NCBI GenBank assembly: GCA_041622995.1
Contig: JBFJXR010000001.1
Coordinates: 10,933 to 74,932, forward strand
Direction: 5' to 3'
DNA length: 64,000 bases
Source: Nevskiales bacterium
GTDB taxonomy: Bacteria; Pseudomonadota; Gammaproteobacteria; Nevskiales; CAJXLF01
Shown: piece after piece, positions 60,803 through 64,000 of the stretch
How the letters are laid out: every line of letters begins with the position of its first letter
Numbering within the stretch: position 1 is the stretch's first letter
The notes under the pieces: model-generated
What the model saw: only the letters and a program-made list of their open reading frames with translations
Told to the model about the DNA's origin: nothing
Database searches by the model: none
Position numbers and translations under genes: made by a program

Positions 60803-62023
60803 TCAGCTGCGATATTCTGCGTTGATTTTGACGTAATCGTAACTGAGGTCGCATGTCCATATTCTGACCGCGGAATCCCCTCTGCCAAGATCGACACGAA
60901 TTGTATACTCAGATTTCCCCACCACAGCTGCCGCAGCTGATTCCTGATATTCAGAATCAATCTCGCCTTGCTGAACAAGAGCAACATCGTCCAGCCACAT
61001 TGACACCCTGCTGATGTCCAGATTCTCGACTGGGGAGCGACCTACCGCTGCCAGAATCCTCCCCCAATTGGGATCTCCGGCGAATAGTGCCGTTTTAACC
61101 AATGGCGAATGTGCAATGGTATCTGCAACAGCCCTGGCAACTTCCTCTGATTCCGCCTGTCCGACTTCAATATTAATAAAGCGCGTAGCACCCTCTCCAT
61201 CCCGTACGATTGCCTGCGCGAGATATGTGCAAACTTCGATAACTGTCGCCAGAAATTCTGCATAATCGGGATGCCCCTCATTTAGCTCAGAACCGCCAAC
61301 GTCGCCTGTGGCAACCAGCATGCAGGCATCATTCGTTGAAGTATCGCCATCTACCGTAATACTGTTAAAGCTGACAGCCACAGCCTGACGCAAGCTGCTA
61401 TCCAATGTGTCATTTTGCACATTGGCGTCGGTAGCAATAAAAGCGAGCATGGTCGCCATATCCGGCCGGATCATACCAGCGCCTTTTGCAATGCCGGTCA
61501 CAGTCACTGTTTGCCCATCGACCGTACACTGCCGACTAGCGCCTTTGGGCACCGTATCAGTCGTCATGATGGCCTCAGCCGCAAGCGCCCAGCCGGATTC
61601 ATCCAACTCAGACAGCACGTCAGGCAACGCGGCGGTAACACGATCCGTTTTCAAATGTTCAGCGATGACGCCAGTTGAAAAAGGCAGTACCTGTTCTGTC
61701 GCACAACCAAGTTGTTCGGCAACCAATGCACAACAGTATTCTGCATTCTCGATGCCAGGCACACCCGTACCTGCATTGGCCGAGCCGGTGTTGACTAAAA
61801 ATGCGCGCGTTGCTTTGGATTCATTCAAGTGCCGCCGCGCTACGATAACCGGGGCTGCACAAAAAGCATTTCGGGTAAATACGCCGGACACCCGACTACC
61901 CTCTGCAAGCTCAATCAGACATAGGTCCAGTCTTCCCTGTTTGCGTATGCCGGCCATGGCTGTACCCAGGCGCACACCTGCGATAGGTAACAAATCACTG
62001 GGGGGCTCAAGATTGACAGCCAT
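60803..62023 (-). CDS. argJ: bifunctional glutamate N-acetyltransferase/amino-acid acetyltransferase
   Basis: 406 aa with the autoproteolysis site ..DMATMLAFIATDA.. and ArgJ blocks throughout. Confidence 0.95.
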   Translation of the reverse strand: MAVNLEPPSDLLPIAGVRLGTAMAGIRKQGRLDLCLIELAEGSRVSGVFTRNAFCAAPVIVARRHLNESKATRAFLVNTGSANAGTGVPGIENAEYCCALVAEQLGCATEQVLPFSTGVIAEHLKTDRVTAALPDVLSELDESGWALAAEAIMTTDTVPKGASRQCTVDGQTVTVTGIAKGAGMIRPDMATMLAFIATDANVQNDTLDSSLRQAVAVSFNSITVDGDTSTNDACMLVATGDVGGSELNEGHPDYAEFLATVIEVCTYLAQAIVRDGEGATRFINIEVGQAESEEVARAVADTIAHSPLVKTALFAGDPNWGRILAAVGRSPVENLDISRVSMWLDDVALVQQGEIDSEYQESAAAAVVGKSEYTIRVDLGRGDSAVRIWTCDLSYDYVKINAEYRS

Positions 62024-62160
62024 ATTTAAAAACCCGGATATTCATCAAAGCAAAGGCGCAGGTTACTGGATTCCCGTCTTCTCGGGAATCACTGGGTCTA
62101 TTATTTCAAACACTGCGTATAAGACCCGTCAGGCCGAATTATGGGAAGACCCTGACTTTG

Positions 62161-64000
62161 CTAGGATATCTTCCCGTGACACTGTTTGAATTTCTTGCCT
62201 GACCCACAAGGACAAGGATCATTGCGCCCGACTTTTTCACCTTCACGGGAATAAGTCTCAACCTTGGCAGGGGGCGCCGGTCTTTGCCTGGGCATTCCCG
62301 GCAAGGGAGCACCTCCAGCTTGTGGCGATGATCCCGGTTGCACTATCGCCGGTTCCGCCATCGCATCTGGCGCATCTTCATGCTGAAACGCCATTTGTCT
62401 CGCACGTGCCTCTCTTTGCTGCTCCAACTCGGCTTCCTGCGTCTGTGCTTTAAGCTGGCCACGGGCAAGAATCGTCACAACTTCATGCTTAAGTTTATCG
62501 AGCATATCCATAAACAGCTGGAAGCCTTCACGCTTATATTCCTGCTTGGGGTCTTTCTGTGCAAAACCGCGTAAATGAATACCCTGACGAAGATAATCCA
62601 TGGCAGCCAAATGCTCACGCCAGATCGTGTCGAGTACCTGTAGCATGACAGCCTTTTCGATTCGGTCCATTACCTCAGGACCTACTTCACTACGCTTCGC
62701 GTCATAGGCCGCTTTCAATTTTTCTTCCACGCGTTGACGCAATCCCTGCTCATCCAGCGTCTTCTCATCATCAAGCCATTGCTGAATACTGAGCTCTTCT
62801 CCAAACCCCTGTTTAATGGCTTCAGTAAGACCTTTGATGTCCCATTGTTCCTCAACACTTCTAGCGGGAATATGCGCATCAATCAGGGCAACTACAACAT
62901 CCGTCCAGATGTTATCGATAACCTCGGAAATCGATTCACTTTCCAGCAATTCATTACGCTGCTCATACACAACCATGCGTTGATCGTTAGCCACATTATC
63001 GTATTGCAACAAATTCTTGCGAATATCGAAGTTATGCGCTTCTACCTTACGCTGGGCCGACTCAATGGCCCGTGAAACCCAACGATGTTCAATTGCCTCG
63101 CCTTCTTGCATGCCAAGCTTCTCAAGCATGGCGCGCAATCGTGGGGGCGTAAAAATACGCATGAGACTATCTTCAAGACATAGATAAAAACGGGTTTCAC
63201 CCGGATCACCCTGACGGCCTGAACGTCCACGTAACTGGTTATCTATTCGTCGGGACTCATGACGCTCAGAACCAATCACTTTTAACCCACCGGCATCGAT
63301 CACCCGCTTATGATTCAGCTTCCAGTCAGATTCGGCGCGATCCCGTTCATTACGATTCTCCTCGGGAATCTTTTCAAGAATGGATTCCAGGTTACCTCCC
63401 AGAACAATATCTGTACCTCGACCCGCCATATTGGTCGCAATAGTCACTGCACCTGGCTTACCCGCATCGGCGATGATGTCAGCCTCGCGCTCATGCTGCT
63501 TGGCATTCAATACTTCACATTGAATATCACGTTGTTTAAGCAACTTGAAAAGCAGCTCAGATGTTTCAATAGAGGCCGTACCCACCAGAACCGGTTGATT
63601 CTTTTTACGGCTGACTTCAATTTCATCCACAATCGCCTCGTACTTTTCACGGGCGCTCATGTAAATCAAATCTGGCTGGTCAATTCTCAGCATGGGCTTG
63701 TTTGTGGGGATGACCAACACTTCCAGACCATAAATTTGCTGGAACTCGAAGGCCTCGGTATCTGCCGTACCAGTCATTCCGGACAGCTTGTCATATAGCC
63801 GGAAATAATTCTGGAAAGTAATCGATGCCAGAGTCTGGTTTTCACGCTGAATGGGCAGGCCCTCTTTCGCCTCTACCGCCTGATGCAAACCATCTGACCA
63901 GCGACGGCCGGGCATGGTGCGACCCGTAAATTCATCAACGATAACAACCTGACGATCCTGAACAATATATTCAACGTCGCGCTGGTAGAGACAGTGCGCT
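62161..64000 (-). CDS. secA: preprotein translocase ATPase SecA (C-terminal ~610 aa; the gene continues past the window end)
   Basis: The frame stays open upstream of the tracked Met (..[40 protein letters not shown]). The C-terminal zinc motif is [14 protein letters not shown]. Confidence 0.95.
   Translation of the reverse strand, partial: AHCLYQRDVEYIVQDRQVVIVDEFTGRTMPGRRWSDGLHQAVEAKEGLPIQRENQTLASITFQNYFRLYDKLSGMTGTADTEAFEFQQIYGLEVLVIPTNKPMLRIDQPDLIYMSAREKYEAIVDEIEVSRKKNQPVLVGTASIETSELLFKLLKQRDIQCEVLNAKQHEREADIIADAGKPGAVTIATNMAGRGTDIVLGGNLESILEKIPEENRNERDRAESDWKLNHKRVIDAGGLKVIGSERHESRRIDNQLRGRSGRQGDPGETRFYLCLEDSLMRIFTPPRLRAMLEKLGMQEGEAIEHRWVSRAIESAQRKVEAHNFDIRKNLLQYDNVANDQRMVVYEQRNELLESESISEVIDNIWTDVVVALIDAHIPARSVEEQWDIKGLTEAIKQGFGEELSIQQWLDDEKTLDEQGLRQRVEEKLKAAYDAKRSEVGPEVMDRIEKAVMLQVLDTIWREHLAAMDYLRQGIHLRGFAQKDPKQEYKREGFQLFMDMLDKLKHEVVTILARGQLKAQTQEAELEQQREARARQMAFQHEDAPDAMAEPAIVQPGSSPQAGGAPLPGMPRQRPAPPAKVETYSREGEKVGRNDPCPCGSGKKFKQCHGKIS

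Noticed and set aside
62069-62090. Hairpin gattcccg-tcttct-cgggaatc between secA and argJ, considered as a terminator
   Set aside because: No U-tract follows it on the minus-strand transcript. argJ probably needs read-through or its own promoter, so the evidence is insufficient to call a terminator.
61407-62189. 260-aa ORF antisense to argJ
   Set aside because: It is nested opposite argJ and runs into the secA 3' end. Its Ser/Ala/Pro-rich shadow composition argues against coding.

Overview
This window looks like a core-chromosome segment of a gammaproteobacterium, with Pseudomonas/marine-type synteny and dense, intact coding. I could not support any rRNA, tRNA, CRISPR array, transposase, integrase, phage gene or recognisable defence or toxin-antitoxin module. 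Gene order is: purN-like 3' end, DUF3108, sixA/nrtS-like/dcd/hypothetical/mrp (minus strand), metG, rnfABCDGE-nth, ppiA, pckA, a crotonase, an aminopeptidase lipoprotein, fkpA, slyX, argG, pyrC, rnt, an MRJP-like propeller, mscS, lipA, a DUF4398/OmpA lipoprotein pair, murU-amgK divergent from lptD-surA-pdxA-rsmA-apaH, a DUF1302-like OMP/BNR propeller/COG1033 RND module, a ZIP transporter, pgeF-rluD divergent from bamD, nadE, sucDC, a collinear type IV pilus locus (PP0621-like, pilS, pilR, pilA, O-antigen-ligase-like gene, pilBCD), then coaE, zapD, yacG, a mutT fusion, argJ and partial secA. I did not find a convincing new multi-gene system. The items most worth a second look are the functionally unresolved DUF1302/BNR/RND envelope module, two unexplained structured palindromic elements (mrp-metG spacer and rnfA-rnfB spacer), the pilA regulatory region with an AT-rich pilin-glycosylase-like insert, and a 6x repeat tail on RnfC. 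All calls rest on motif and family recognition by eye; no searches were run.
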